Positions 1 through 11,161 are shown, counted from the first letter of the whole stretch. The stretch: DNA of 62,929 nt, filler included, from Alcyonidium flabelliforme (GCA_026167845.1; 25 parts of 25 records of this genome joined end to end with filler, not necessarily neighbours in it); one strand, 5' to 3'. Made by a program: numbers and translations. The notes: generated from the letters alone by a model not told the origin.

Positions 1-77
1 GGTAGCTTTATGGGTCGTAAAAGGTAGCTTTATGGGTCGTAAAAGGTAGCTTTATGGGTCGTAAAAGGTAGCTTTAT
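1..77 (+). repeat. Plasmid iteron array, 22-bp unit GGTAGCTTTATGGGTCGTAAAA, 3 full copies plus 1 partial (may extend beyond the contig start)
   Basis: Exact tandem copies at 1, 23 and 45 and a partial at 67. The 22-bp period and the adjacent AT-rich tract fit Rep_3-type theta replicon origins. Confidence 0.8.
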
Positions 78-116
78 CAGTCCCAAACTCCTTTACCAGT
101 AAGCTCTGTAGCGAGC

Positions 117-195
117 CTAAAAGCTTTTAAAAACTATTAAAAACATTAAAAACCTTTTTACTTATTTTTTAATAAAATTTACTTCAAAAAATCAT
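117..195. promoter_or_regulatory. AT-rich unwinding element of the plasmid origin
   Basis: Repeated TAAAAAC motifs and A/T runs directly after the iterons. Confidence 0.55.
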
Positions 196-418
196 CCTTA
201 TCAAAGTACATTCTGTACTGTTATTTTTAGAAAAATTGCTCAGTGTAGAAATCACAATGATCTTTAAATCCACAGGAAATACTAGTAACCATTGTTCAGT
301 TTTAATAGATATGAGTTAATTTTTTAAAAGTAAAAGTGTTAACATAGTGCACTAACAAACGTGTTTTGAAACAATTTGTTACAAATTACATGAGTATTGA
401 TTCTATTAAGGGATTTAA

Positions 419-1486
419 ATGGATACAACTATTGATATTAATGAACTACGTGAAAATATAGCTGATTTAGTTGATAAAGCTTCTGAGAGAGAAATCCCTT
501 TATATGAAGTTAGATCTGTTTTTAAAACAACCAAAGCAGGACTAAGTGCAAGAAATTTTGATGGGCTGAAAAATAAGCTGAACAGTGAGTTTGATATCTC
601 TAAACTAAATGAACTTGCTAAATCTATGCAGGATCTTGTGGTTTCTCATATAGATTTTGATGACAAACTCATTTCAATTTTTAAAGACATACCGGATATT
701 TCTGATTTATATGACAAGCTTACAGATGTCTTTTCAAGTGATACAGATATGGCTACGGAGCCAACTAATTACTGCATTTATGCAAGAAAAGACTTATCTC
801 CTTATCAAACAGTATTTCAATTCGTTGTTTCTAGAGAAATAAGTGTAAGAAAAACACTAAGTCCAGATGATTTAAGAGAAGATATGTCAGAAGAGTTTCA
901 AGAGGTTATAGGCATCAAAAAGACCCCTCTCGACTGTCACGACTTTATCATGATAGACACCAAAGAAAACTTAGTGATTATAGGAATTGACTTAGCACTT
1001 ATATTAGGAAGAAATGAGCTAAGTGTTGCCCAGCATAATTTTCATAATTTCTTAAGAAGAACATTAGGTATTGTTCTTAGTAACGAAGTTGATTTATTTC
1101 CGAAAATACAAGAATTTTATGATTTCCCAATTGATAAGTCTAATGGAGTAACTGAGATATATTTTATGACCCCAGCTGGTACTGCTCATCACGAAACCCT
1201 TAAAGGCCATGGTAAAGATTTAAGAGAAGCAACTTATCATAGGAAAGGAACTGAAGGGGTACGTAATGAGAAGTCAAATGGTAAATTACTACACAATGAT
1301 ATTACGCCATATAGAATCAGTACGAGGTTTTACAGAGAATCAGATACACCAATAATCGATATATCACTAAAAAGCAGTTATTTAGCTATTAATACTAATA
1401 ATGGATCTCACCTTTATGACGCCTATATCTACGGCTCAAGAAGCAAGATAGATTTAGACTTCATTTTAGACAAGCTAATTAGCTAA
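419..1486 (+). CDS. Hypothetical protein, 355 aa, gene 1 of a three-gene operon
   Basis: Long ORF with AAGGGA RBS, low GC, 13-nt gap to the next gene. Confidence 0.85.
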   Translation: MDTTIDINELRENIADLVDKASEREIPLYEVRSVFKTTKAGLSARNFDGLKNKLNSEFDISKLNELAKSMQDLVVSHIDFDDKLISIFKDIPDISDLYDKLTDVFSSDTDMATEPTNYCIYARKDLSPYQTVFQFVVSREISVRKTLSPDDLREDMSEEFQEVIGIKKTPLDCHDFIMIDTKENLVIIGIDLALILGRNELSVAQHNFHNFLRRTLGIVLSNEVDLFPKIQEFYDFPIDKSNGVTEIYFMTPAGTAHHETLKGHGKDLREATYHRKGTEGVRNEKSNGKLLHNDITPYRISTRFYRESDTPIIDISLKSSYLAINTNNGSHLYDAYIYGSRSKIDLDFILDKLIS

Positions 1487-1499
1487 CGGTAAGTTCAAA

Positions 1500-1925
1500 A
1501 TGGAACATAAAACTGTGTCTAGTATAAAAAATAATATTATTGAGAACAGTCATATTGGTAAACAGATGGCAGATATCTGTTTGTCAATTATTGACCATGT
1601 TTCTATTGGTTCGAAAACAAGAACCCATCTAACCTTCAAAGATTTACATAACCTCAACCCTAATGTTGATGAAGATGTATTTTATGATGCTGTATTTTAC
1701 CTAACTAGAGTGAATGTTAACGTCCTTGTTCAACAATTTGAAGCTTTGCATCCAAGAAATGGTTTTGTAGCTGTTCCAAATAGAGAAGAAATTATTGAAG
1801 ATATGAGAAATGATGAGCTTTCTAACCCATTTACAGGTGAAGAGTTAAGTGAGGAAGAGTTTGGAAGACAGGTCATTACTTACTTTTCTGTGTCACCTGA
1901 GTTTATGAGGTTGTCGAATGCCTAA
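1500..1925 (+). CDS. Hypothetical protein, 141 aa, gene 2 (possible winged helix plus NPFTGE knuckle)
   Basis: ORF overlaps gene 3 by 8 nt; the fold is an inference. Confidence 0.8.
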   Translation: MEHKTVSSIKNNIIENSHIGKQMADICLSIIDHVSIGSKTRTHLTFKDLHNLNPNVDEDVFYDAVFYLTRVNVNVLVQQFEALHPRNGFVAVPNREEIIEDMRNDELSNPFTGEELSEEEFGRQVITYFSVSPEFMRLSNA

Positions 1926-2604
1926 TACACTCACGAACGCAACTCTATCCAATAAACGTAATCGTCAACGTTCAGTTGAACCTGAAGTTAGTAATTATCT
2001 ACAGTTTATAGATACTTTATACGATGATTTAGAATTTGTGATTGGAAATTTGAATAAGTATAAAGATAAATACTATCAAGGTATGAAAGACAATTCTAAA
2101 CAAGGGGAGAACTTAGTAAACACTACCATTTGTAATATGTTGAATTGCCGTGGCTGGAAAGCTGATCATGATGTTCATATTAATGGTAATGCTGATATCG
2201 TTGTTACTCTCCCTTATACCGATTATCAGTGGCTAGGTGAAGGTAAGATAAATAGTAACCAAACAAGCTATACCGATGCGTATCAAGGATTAAAGCAACT
2301 TTTATATCGTTACTCTACAGGACTCGACAATCAAAATTCAGGTGGCGTGATTTTATACATTACAGAAACTCAAAAAAACCAATTAGATATTTTGAACAAT
2401 TGGAAAGAGGTAGTAGAAAAGAAAGTAGATATAGCCGATGACGATGATATGCCATATGCACCTGCTCTTAGACTAGAAGTGTGCCCTAAAAGTAATTTAG
2501 TGTTTTATAGCTATCATATACATTCATCATCGGGATTAGAGTATACCGTACGCCATATGATTATCGACTTTAGACATCAACCAAAAGATAGAAGAAAGAA
2601 ATAA
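1918..2604 (+). CDS. Putative PD-(D/E)xK restriction-like nuclease, 228 aa, gene 3
   Basis: E...GNADIVV...WLGEGK...GLKQL..RY motif pattern. Confidence 0.65.
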   Translation: MPNTLTNATLSNKRNRQRSVEPEVSNYLQFIDTLYDDLEFVIGNLNKYKDKYYQGMKDNSKQGENLVNTTICNMLNCRGWKADHDVHINGNADIVVTLPYTDYQWLGEGKINSNQTSYTDAYQGLKQLLYRYSTGLDNQNSGGVILYITETQKNQLDILNNWKEVVEKKVDIADDDDMPYAPALRLEVCPKSNLVFYSYHIHSSSGLEYTVRHMIIDFRHQPKDRRKK

Positions 2605-2616
2605 TCTCGCTTTTAT

Positions 2617-2635
2617 AAGAGCGTATGCTCTTTTT
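2617..2635 (+). terminator. Short intrinsic terminator after the operon
   Basis: AAGAGC-GTAT-GCTCTT hairpin running into a T tract. Confidence 0.5.
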
Positions 2636-2924
2636 ACTTATAAGAAGCCACTAAAATATCTAACTTGTCTCATAGCTAAGTTAATGCCATAGTTGTTCAC
2701 TGAACGTTCTGGACAGTTGTACTGGACAGTTGCTAAAAACGTACTTGAACACTANNNNNNNNNNNNNNNNNNNNNNNNNNNNNNNNNNNNNNNNNNNNTT
2801 AATTAATTAANNNNNNNNNNNNNNNNNNNNNNNNNNNNNNNNNNNNNNNNNNNNCCTCTCAATCAGGTGACGCCATAGCCCCGGACCGTTCCAGCGGTTG
2901 CGGGGTTTTTTTTGGCCTTCACCC

Positions 2925-2952
2925 AACCTAACTCATCCGTTCAGGTTGTCAA
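2925..2952 (-). promoter_or_regulatory. Putative sigma70 promoter of rep (reads across the circular junction)
   Basis: TTGACA-16 nt-TAGGTT on the minus strand. Confidence 0.5.
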
Positions 2953-2961
2953 GTAGGCATT

Positions 2962-2986
2962 GAACCATATCCGGTATAGAGCGCTC
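2962..2986 (+). promoter_or_regulatory. Candidate ColE2-type replication origin
   Basis: CATATCCGGTATAGAGCGC resembles the ColE2 ori core TATCAGATAACAGCGC. Confidence 0.4.
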
Positions 2987-3144
2987 TTGGGGGTCCCCGG
3001 TGTAGGGAAAACCTTACCCCCTCCCCCAGCCCCGAAGGGGGCTTTTCCGGGGTTGAGGAAAGCCATACCCGCTTTTGGGTGTAGGAAAACCAAAATCGGG
3101 CGCATCACGAAAAATGGCGGCTGCAGGACGCACTAGGGCACTGC

Positions 3145-3390
3145 TTACGCATCGCCCTGGTGCTGATTGTTCCCCTTGGTTCCCATCAAGGCTTCCCAGT
3201 TGGCCAGCACTCGACTGATGAAATATTTCCGTTGCTCAGCGGTCAGAGCGGCTACCCGTTCGCCGAGTGGTTCCAGCATTGCGCCCACTTCGATGAGCCG
3301 CCGTGTTCGTTGCTTGCGTTCGTCGGCCTTGGCTCTCGCTAACTTCGCTTCGAGCAGGGCAATGCGTTGGCTTGGTGTTTTAGTCGTCAT
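3145..3390 (-). CDS. Mobilization accessory protein (MobS/TraD-like), 81 aa
   Basis: Divergent from the relaxase across oriT; ERKQRTRRLIEVGA motif. Confidence 0.75.
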   Translation of the reverse strand: MTTKTPSQRIALLEAKLARAKADERKQRTRRLIEVGAMLEPLGERVAALTAEQRKYFISRVLANWEALMGTKGNNQHQGDA

Positions 3391-3554
3391 GGATTTTTTT
3401 CCTCGTTGTGATGTTCCCTAACGAGTAACAAAAAATCCGACGCTGGCAAGACTGCATTGACGAAATCGCAAAGCCTGCTTGAATGAAAGAGGGGCGCAAG
3501 CGAGCGAAGCGAGCAGCCCAAAATCTATTGCGCAGAGCGAAGCGAAGCACCAGC

Positions 3555-3594
3555 AATAGCGCACTTATACATCGCTTCGCGATGTGTGCGCCCT
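3555..3594 (-). promoter_or_regulatory. oriT, MOBQ type
   Basis: Inverted repeat ACATCGC-GAA-GCGATGT followed by TAAGTGCGC nic consensus on the minus strand, between divergent mob genes. Confidence 0.75.
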
Positions 3595-3642
3595 GCGGGG
3601 CTAAGAGCAAAGCAAAAACCACAACAGGAGCAACAGCAAAAC

Positions 3643-4428
3643 ATGGCAATCTTCCACCTCCACGCACAGGTGATAAAGCGCAGCGAAGGACGTTCGTCCG
3701 TTGCTGCTGCTGCCTATCGCCTTGGCGTTTCGTTGGAAGATCCTCGCACTGGGTTGACCCATGATTTCAGCCGCAAGGGTGGTGTGTCTGGCTCGCTGAC
3801 ACTTGCCCCCGACAACGCTCCGGCTTGGGCATCGGACCCGGCTCAGTTGTGGTCCAATGTTGAGACCATCGAGAAGCGCAAAGACGCACAACTTTGCCGT
3901 GAGTTCGACATTGCTCTACCCCGCGAACTGACCCCCCAGCAGTGTGCCACGCTGGCCCGTGCGTTCGTCCAAAAAGAGTTCGTTGACCGGGGCATGTGCG
4001 CAACGATTGCTTTCCATCACATCGGTGGAGACAACCCCCATTTCCACTTGATGACCACCATGCGAGACATTGACCAGAACGGGTTCAAAAATAAAAACCG
4101 TGACTGGAATGACAAGCAATACCTAGACCATTGGCGAGCCGAATGGGCACGCTATGCCAACCATGCGTTGACCTTGGCCAACTCACCAGCACGCATTGAC
4201 CACCGCTCGTTGAAGGCCCAAGGCATCGACCGCGAACCGACCCAACATCAAGGGCCGAAGGCGTTCGCCATGCAGGCCCGTGGTGTGGTTGTTGACCGGT
4301 TCCGCAGGGTGATGGTGGACCTCGTAACCATGCTCAAAGCCCGGAGGGTGGCCCGTCAGGGCCTTTCCCCTTCCCCTCCCATCACAACCCCGCCCCGCAA
4401 GGGGTGGGGGATGGGGCGGGGCCGGTAG
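3643..4428 (+). CDS. mobA: MobA/MobL family (MOBQ) relaxase; likely start at MAIFH
   Basis: MAIFH...SSVAAAAYR, EFDIALPREL, HxxxxDNPHFH, IDHRS motifs. Confidence 0.92.
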   Translation: MAIFHLHAQVIKRSEGRSSVAAAAYRLGVSLEDPRTGLTHDFSRKGGVSGSLTLAPDNAPAWASDPAQLWSNVETIEKRKDAQLCREFDIALPRELTPQQCATLARAFVQKEFVDRGMCATIAFHHIGGDNPHFHLMTTMRDIDQNGFKNKNRDWNDKQYLDHWRAEWARYANHALTLANSPARIDHRSLKAQGIDREPTQHQGPKAFAMQARGVVVDRFRRVMVDLVTMLKARRVARQGLSPSPPITTPPRKGWGMGRGR

Positions 4429-4684
4429 GCTCCGCCAGTGAGGTGCGATAGCGCCTCACCAACGCACGGGCAGACCATTCGCTGCCCCCAACCGCCGCGG
4501 CGATTTCAGCCCATGATTTCCCTTGCGCTCGCATGGTCCCGGCCAGATTGCGCCGGTAGTCTGCTCGGGCTTCGTAGGTGTCCCGTTCCTCCGCCATGTG
4601 GTTGCGGACAGTGCGTTCCGATACGCCAAAATGTTTGGCGACTTCTTTGGCGGTTTTTTTTCGTTTTTGGCGAACGGGCATCAT
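4382..4684 (-). CDS. RepB-like double-HTH origin-binding protein
   Basis: TAKEVAKHFGVSERTVR and GKSWAEIAAAVG HTH motifs; ATGA overlap with the rep stop codon. Confidence 0.8.
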   Translation of the reverse strand: MMPVRQKRKKTAKEVAKHFGVSERTVRNHMAEERDTYEARADYRRNLAGTMRAQGKSWAEIAAAVGGSEWSARALVRRYRTSLAEPTGPAPSPTPCGAGL

Positions 4685-5517
4685 CGGGCATACCTCACAA
4701 TTTCAGCGGTGAAATCCATCGCAGCGATTTTTTTATTCGCTCCGTTCTGGCTTCCTCTTTCTGCCTGTATTTTTGAAAAAGCGGTTGGCGTGATGTTGGT
4801 CCACGTCCACTTGGCAACGCTCTTGGCCACCTGATGCGCTTCTCGTGTTGTGAGTGGGCTGGCAAAGGCGTTTAAGGCGTCAGCGTGGGAGCGACAAGCA
4901 CGCTCCCACAGGTGCCAATCCGAGTAGCCCAACCGTGCTCGATATGCCCACTTCCGCAGGCCATCGAACAGCGTGACGTTCCTCCCCTCCCCCACCGCTT
5001 CCAGTCGTGCGATACGCAGCGGCAGACGGTCGCCAAGGTAGTCACGTAACTCCCCCAGCTCGTAGGGGTCAGGGCGCTCCCAAAATGTGCGCCAGGTGGG
5101 ATGGTCGGGGGTCTTGGTCAGCCGGTGGGTGTAGGCCCTGTCCGCATCGAGGGCCATGGTCAAGCCGTGCTGGATGCGAGCCAAGAACCGTTGAGGGGTC
5201 GCCCGTGCTTTCAGTGTCCTGGACACCGGAGAGGCCAGCACGTAGCCCAGATGCGCATGACCGTTCCGGGGGTTCTGGGTGACCCAGTTGGGCCGAGGGC
5301 ACTCCGTAGGGGCGTCCTGCCACGCTGTAGCGGCCTCTGGGCGGTCCACGTCGAACACCATGGCCCAAACCAGCGCCGAGGGGTTGGGGTCGATGTAGGC
5401 CCGTTTGAGGGCCTTCTGGCGGGGGTGGTGCTGGATGCCGGCAGCCAGTTCATCGGTGCAGGCCAGCCATTTTGGAAGGCTGGACTCAAACAGGGCGGGT
5501 TGGTAGGGTGGTGACAT
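4681..5517 (-). CDS. repA: ColE2/pAL5000-type replicase-primase (Replicase plus PriCT); likely start at MSPPY
   Basis: VFDVD, NGHAHL, DRAY..LTKTP, GRNVTLFD..RKWAY, AKSVAKWTW motifs; GAGAGG RBS. Confidence 0.88.
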   Translation of the reverse strand: MSPPYQPALFESSLPKWLACTDELAAGIQHHPRQKALKRAYIDPNPSALVWAMVFDVDRPEAATAWQDAPTECPRPNWVTQNPRNGHAHLGYVLASPVSRTLKARATPQRFLARIQHGLTMALDADRAYTHRLTKTPDHPTWRTFWERPDPYELGELRDYLGDRLPLRIARLEAVGEGRNVTLFDGLRKWAYRARLGYSDWHLWERACRSHADALNAFASPLTTREAHQVAKSVAKWTWTNITPTAFSKIQAERGSQNGANKKIAAMDFTAEIVRYAR

Positions 5518-5582
5518 GCGGAGCCTCTCAATCAGGTGACGCCATAGCCCCGGACCGTTCCAGCGGTTGCGGGGTTTTTTTT
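5516..5582 (+). ncRNA. Putative antisense copy-control RNA over the rep leader
   Basis: TGGACT-17-TAGGGT promoter at 5481-5509, then a GC hairpin and T8 terminator antisense to the rep RBS. Confidence 0.5.
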
Positions 5583-5916
5583 GGCCTTCACCCAACCTAA
5601 NNNNNNNNNNNNNNNNNNNNNNNNNNNNNNNNNNNNNNNNNNNNTTAATTAATTAANNNNNNNNNNNNNNNNNNNNNNNNNNNNNNNNNNNNNNNNNNNN
5701 GAAAGTTTTTGAACACGATTGAACAGAAAGTTGATCCACCTTCAGATGTACCTATCAAAACTGTATTAGTATCTACTTGTGGGGCATTGTCGGTAGAATA
5801 ACGCTGTTTTGTAGGGCTTAAATATTCCATAATGCACGGGTAGCCGGGCCGCAAATGACATTTGCAGCCCGGCTCCGAGTTTCACGTTTGAAAAACTGTT
5901 TTAGGAAAATTGTTTT

Positions 5917-5997
5917 GAGGATGGTGGGAATCGAACCACCGACCAAATGATTTTGAAAACCTGAATGCCGCGCTGTTGTCCACTCGACCACAGAGCC
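5917..5997 (-). pseudogene. tRNA-derived sequence (SINE head or tRNA pseudogene) in a eukaryotic AT-rich contig
   Basis: A box TGGTCGAGTGG and B box GGTTCGATTCC; the acceptor stem does not pair. Confidence 0.6.
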
Positions 5998-8483
5998 AGC
6001 GTTAGATACAACGCAAATTTTGATATATTTAACTTTATTGCGTGTTTTATAGTGCGCGTGGTCAATGACGTTAACAATGACGCGCAATTCACGTGACTAG
6101 TCTCAATAGGTGCCCAAAGTGTTAGAACGAAGTCTCTCAATCTGCGCCTCTATCGGGAACTTCTTATACTAAATCTATTTCCGGTTGAGTCCCTGAGGCT
6201 ATAAAATTCGTCTGCTAGGAATGGGTGCAACCAAAATGGATTTATCTTTCTCTTTCATCAAACCCAAAGCTAAACTACGAAGTGGTTTGTTGTTCCGATT
6301 AAAATCCAAGATTCTCACATCACACTTCATTTGATATATTTTCAAATTGCTTAAAAAGCGTATAAAATTGGTCAATTTCTCCCATGGTTACTCAAAAGCG
6401 ACCCCGCATATATCTAGGAAAATGACGGAAAAGTACGCGAAATCGTGGCAGGTTATTGCAGTGGAGACTATATTTTATCGATGTTTTATTGAGTATTTCA
6501 ACATTTGACATGGTCCAGGGGTAAGGTGAGTTTTGTCAGTAAACATTTTACATATGTCAACTTTTCCGGCATCGCGTTTTGTTTGGACCAGTTCGTGCTG
6601 ACCCAACAAGACATCTAGTGATTTCGGAGCACAATGAAAACAGACGACGGAAATAGCCTCGTCCGGACCAGCTAATGGCGGCGGTCACATGACTTTGGTG
6701 CCCTATTGAGATATGCGCTTTACAATCACAAGTTAAGGTGGATTCACACCATTTCTTGAGACATCTAGCGGCAAACGACGTTTTTAATTCACTATTAGTG
6801 CAGAACAATGGTTTGACGTCATAAATAGAAGTAAGACAATGGAATCAAAATCGACTGGACTTTTATTATTAACCGTAACTTTAAAAGTAGACTTCGAACA
6901 CCCGTTTTATTTTACGTTTTTCGATGATATATACCCGAAATAACTACTTTCTAAATGTTTAAGGAAAATTGTGGGACGGATTTTTTTTAAAATTGAAGTT
7001 TTCTTCATCAAAAGGAACTGTTTACGTCTGAACCAATGTATTTCTGTTGCAGATATCCGTTGATTTGAAAGCCCCGTAGTTTTAAAATTAGACTTAATCC
7101 CCTATGTTTTTTTGGAATAATTCAGTCGTGCATGATATAGATTAGATTTTTTTTAAATCTTAAAGAAATCGTTACTGGAATTTTAAATATATTTTGTTTT
7201 TTATGAAAAAGAGCATTATTTATGAAATTTACGTCTGGCGTAATGTAAAATATTCAATAGAATGACGTTTAAATAGAGTTACAGTTCTCGAACGCGTATC
7301 ACAACCAATTTTTCAATAGTGATTTTAAAAACTTCACGTACTCGCCTGTAACCTAAGTGAATTTCATCAAATTCTGACGACCTTGGGAAATGGTGGGAAT
7401 CCACCTTAAATTGAAAGACAGCCAATTAGTACACCCAGCTCTAGTTTTTTGCTACAAAAACCATTTTAGAGTATCCCAAAGACATGTGACTCATTGTTAT
7501 TGCATTCTGGGATACTTTGTGCCCTAGTTTATCACATAATATGACCGAATGAAGATTCATGCAAGATTCTATGTGGCAATGAAGTTTTACAAATGGATTT
7601 TTTACTACAAAATGAAGGAGTGCGGTACTTTTGACTTACTAGGAATGTTTGTATATGTTTTGTCTTTCATTCTGCCAAATTTAAAAAAAATCCTCCGTGT
7701 TTATTTCTTTTTATCTGTATTTGAAATTTATTAAAAACTCCTTCGTTTTAAGGATAATGCACCGAGTTGTCCTTAAATTGAAGGATTTTTGGTCTTTTTT
7801 TAAGTAAAAATAACGAAAAAAAAACACGGGAGACTTTTATGATTTTTTGATATGTTAAAATACGGCCTTACAGCTATCTGACAACATTTTCAAAACCTTC
7901 GCACTCTTTCTATAAGTTGGGAAAAAAAGGAAGTGAAATGTTTGCATGCAAAATTAAACTACTTGTTCAACCATTCAGTGTCATTCAATCTGATATTCTT
8001 GGCCCCTCATCTTTTAAGAAGTCTTTTCAATGAAAAAACATGTCCGTAAGTCTTCTGTTAATTAAATAATTGCTGCTAATTACGACTTGGTGAAGATTTC
8101 AAATGTCCTTCCATTTAAGGGTTAACATCCTTAGATCTGGGCGCCTCCTTAGAAGGAAGGATTTTCATTTTTATCCTTAGATCTAGTAAGCACCCCGACC
8201 TGTTAAAGTCATCGAGTTTTGCCAAAAAGATCCCACCTCTTGTAGTTACTAATTATTTTGGGCCGAAATACAGGACGTTTTACCGTACACATTTTTATAA
8301 AATAGTATACAATTTTTGAATGAGGTGTTTTTTTCATTATTCATTCAGTACTTAATTAAGGATTTCATATAATCATTCCAGTTNNNNNNNNNNNNNNNNN
8401 NNNNNNNNNNNNNNNNNNNNNNNNNNNTTAATTAATTAANNNNNNNNNNNNNNNNNNNNNNNNNNNNNNNNNNNNNNNNNNNN

Positions 8484-11161
8484 GCCAGTTCTGAGTCTGG
8501 TTTTGTCAATTATCAATCAGGCAATGATGTCTATGACTTTGGCATTAAATATACAGTGACGGATACTGTCAGAGCTACGAATAATGAGACGGCAGATATC
8601 GTCTATCAAACATCACAAACCCGTGAGACGAACTTCGTCGTAGATGTCTTACCTATTACTAATGAACCAAAATTTGTCAATCTTGCTGAGATTAAGACTT
8701 CAGAGACTATTGATATCGTTAACGCCGATACGGCTGATAATGAATTTATTAAAACCGTCACTCTTACCTCACCAGACTTAGATGGTTCAGAGGTGTTTAC
8801 ACGAATGCAAGTAGACGGTGTGCCTGATGGTATTTTGGTGCAAGTGGATGCTAATGGTGATGGCACCTTCGTTGACGCGGTCAAAGCGGGTGATACCTGG
8901 TATGTCGACTTTGATGATGAAACCATAGACACATTTATTACGGCGAGTGTGGACATCAAGTTCAGTGTAAAAGCGGGTTATGATGTAGATAATGCAGTGG
9001 ACTTGCCCATTACAGTTACCGCCTATAACCAAGATGCACCTGATGTTGAGCAATTAGCACGGGAAACCTTTGAGTTGACGCTTGTTACGGGTACGGACGG
9101 TGGTGGAGAGGTGCCTCCTGAGTTAGTAGCCGATCTCATCGTGCAGCCGATAACTTTGACTGAGGATGAAGATGGTCAATCTTTAGATAGCTTTATCACT
9201 GGCACACTTAATCAGGTGGCTTATGACAACCAAACGTCTGCACCGATATCATTCACCATTGCCAACTTGCCTGATGATGTGGTGTTACAAGCGTCTAACG
9301 GGGTCTCGTTATCCAAACAAGGCAATACATGGTTAATCAGTGGTAATGTCACCAGTGATAGTGATATTGCTGATTTACTGTCTAATATTAGTATTATTCC
9401 CACCAGTGATTACAGTACAAACAACCAAAGTGAGGCAGTTACTTTAGATATCTCATTTACAGTGACTGACAGTAATGGTGACTCTGAGACTGTGACAGCA
9501 GACGATCCAGCGTTTCCAATAGGTGATCCAGGCACTAATGACAGCACATTGATTGTGCTGCCCATTACCGATTACTTCGATTTCCATGAAGAAGATCCTA
9601 CAGCAGCACAGAATGATGACAATATCGTTATAGCAGAAGATGAAGAAAAAACCTTAACATTGAATCTGACAAGTACTGTAGACGTAGGTAATGTCGAAGT
9701 TATCGATGGTAATGTTTATCTTCAGTTCGCTGATAATGCTTCCGTTAATGGTACGCTTGAGGACTCTAACGGCGTGCCTTTAGATACAGCTACTAATCCT
9801 GCAGGATTGCCTGTAGGGGAGTATTTTGTATTGCCAGTAGGCGCAAACAATCCTACGTCTGTAAGTTTCAACTTCGTTCCTGAACCTAACAAAGATGGCG
9901 CGACTACAATTGAGGCTTACGTGGTACACAAGGAGACGACAGATATTCCAGATTATGATACGACGACACTAGTATCACGCAAAGACTTTGAAGTCACTGT
10001 GGAAAAAGGTCCTGATCCCTTGCTATTAGTCGTCAATGAGGCTGAGTCAAACTTAACTGTAGATGAAGATCAGGGCGAGATCGGTGACACTACTGACGTC
10101 AATGTCGTCAGTATCGTGTATACCACCGAACAAACTGATACAGATGAAGGTGATAACGATCAGCCTGCTTCCTTCATAATCAACAATATCAATGATGACT
10201 TTACCGTGTACTATGTCAATGATAGCCAAGATATTGTTATAGCCAATAAAACAGGGACAGGGTCGTGGAGCTTGCCAAGTACTGAGGCAAATCCGACGCC
10301 CGAGATATTTATCCAAGCACCAGAGAATTATAGCGGTACGAGTAACGCAGTTATTTCAGTATTAAGTACAGACGGCCTACAGGGTGACGCCACGACCGTA
10401 GAGCTAGTATTTAACCCAATAGCTGATGGCGTCGAGTTAACCCCGCAGAACTCAGCTGGCAAGGCCTATACATGGGTCGAGTTAAATACCAATGCTAAGA
10501 TGGAAGACACCGACAGCAATGATATTGGTGAAGGAGGTAGTGAAACACTAACTTTGACAATCACCCCTGAAGATGGCAAACCCTTCGATGAGTCCATGCT
10601 ATTTAGGATTGGCGACACAGGAGAGGTCATTGGCTTACGTAATGCTGACGACGATGGCGATGGTATCTCTGAAAGCTTAGATGAGGTATCTGTTGAATTT
10701 GTAGCGGGTAGCTATGTATTAAGTGGCGTGCCTAGCAGTAGTATTAACGATATACAGATTCTGTATCAGGCTTATAACGGCACCATCACTTATACAGGCA
10801 AAACTGTCGAGACCTCAGACCCTGATCAAGTCTTCTCTAGCGAAGAGATCAAAACTGCTGTACTGAACCTGAGTGAGTCTGTCGCTATCGAAACAGGGGC
10901 GCAAAATGACACTATCACTACCGCAAATCGTAGCACTACCGTAAACTCTGGCGCAGGTGATGATAACATTACCGGCGGTGCTGGTGATGACTTCCTAGAT
11001 GGCGGTACTGGTATCAACACGCTAGTAGGCGGCGCTGGGAATGATACGCTAATATTCTCTGCTGACAATACCTTGATGGATGGTGGTGACGGTATCGATA
11101 CTCTATTGATCAATGTGGCTAATACCACTATCGATTTTGGTGGCTTTGATAGTGGCGTGAT
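8484..11161 (+). CDS. Giant RTX/T1SS-secreted adhesin, C-terminal part (partial at both ends)
   Basis: Open across the whole contig; acidic Ig-like domains; GGAGDD/GGTGIN/GGAGND/GGDGID calcium-binding nonapeptides. Confidence 0.88.

Larger units (their letters stand above)
2855..5600. mobile_element. Complete small mobilizable plasmid, about 2669 bp (ColE2/pAL5000-type replicon, MOBQ relaxase)
   Basis: 2855-2931 is identical to 5524-5600 (77-bp circular overlap); rep, HTH, mob and oriT are all present. Confidence 0.9.

Noticed and set aside
1..77. Possible CRISPR array
   Set aside because: The repeats are contiguous with no spacers; an iteron array fits better.
2755..2854. Recurrent TTAATTAATTAA within N runs (24 times in the window)
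   Set aside because: Artificial contig linker with stops in all frames. ORFs ending in X...LIN or X...N are artefacts, and adjacency across linkers has no biological meaning.
5524..5600. 77-bp terminal direct repeats (also at 26880-26956 and 62853-62929) as LTRs or att sites
   Set aside because: The identical 77-bp length in three contigs indicates assembler k-mer overlap of circular molecules.
8606..11128. Antisense and alternate-frame ORFs inside the adhesin, rep, pol and tape measure genes
   Set aside because: Shadow ORFs produced by the codon bias of the real genes.
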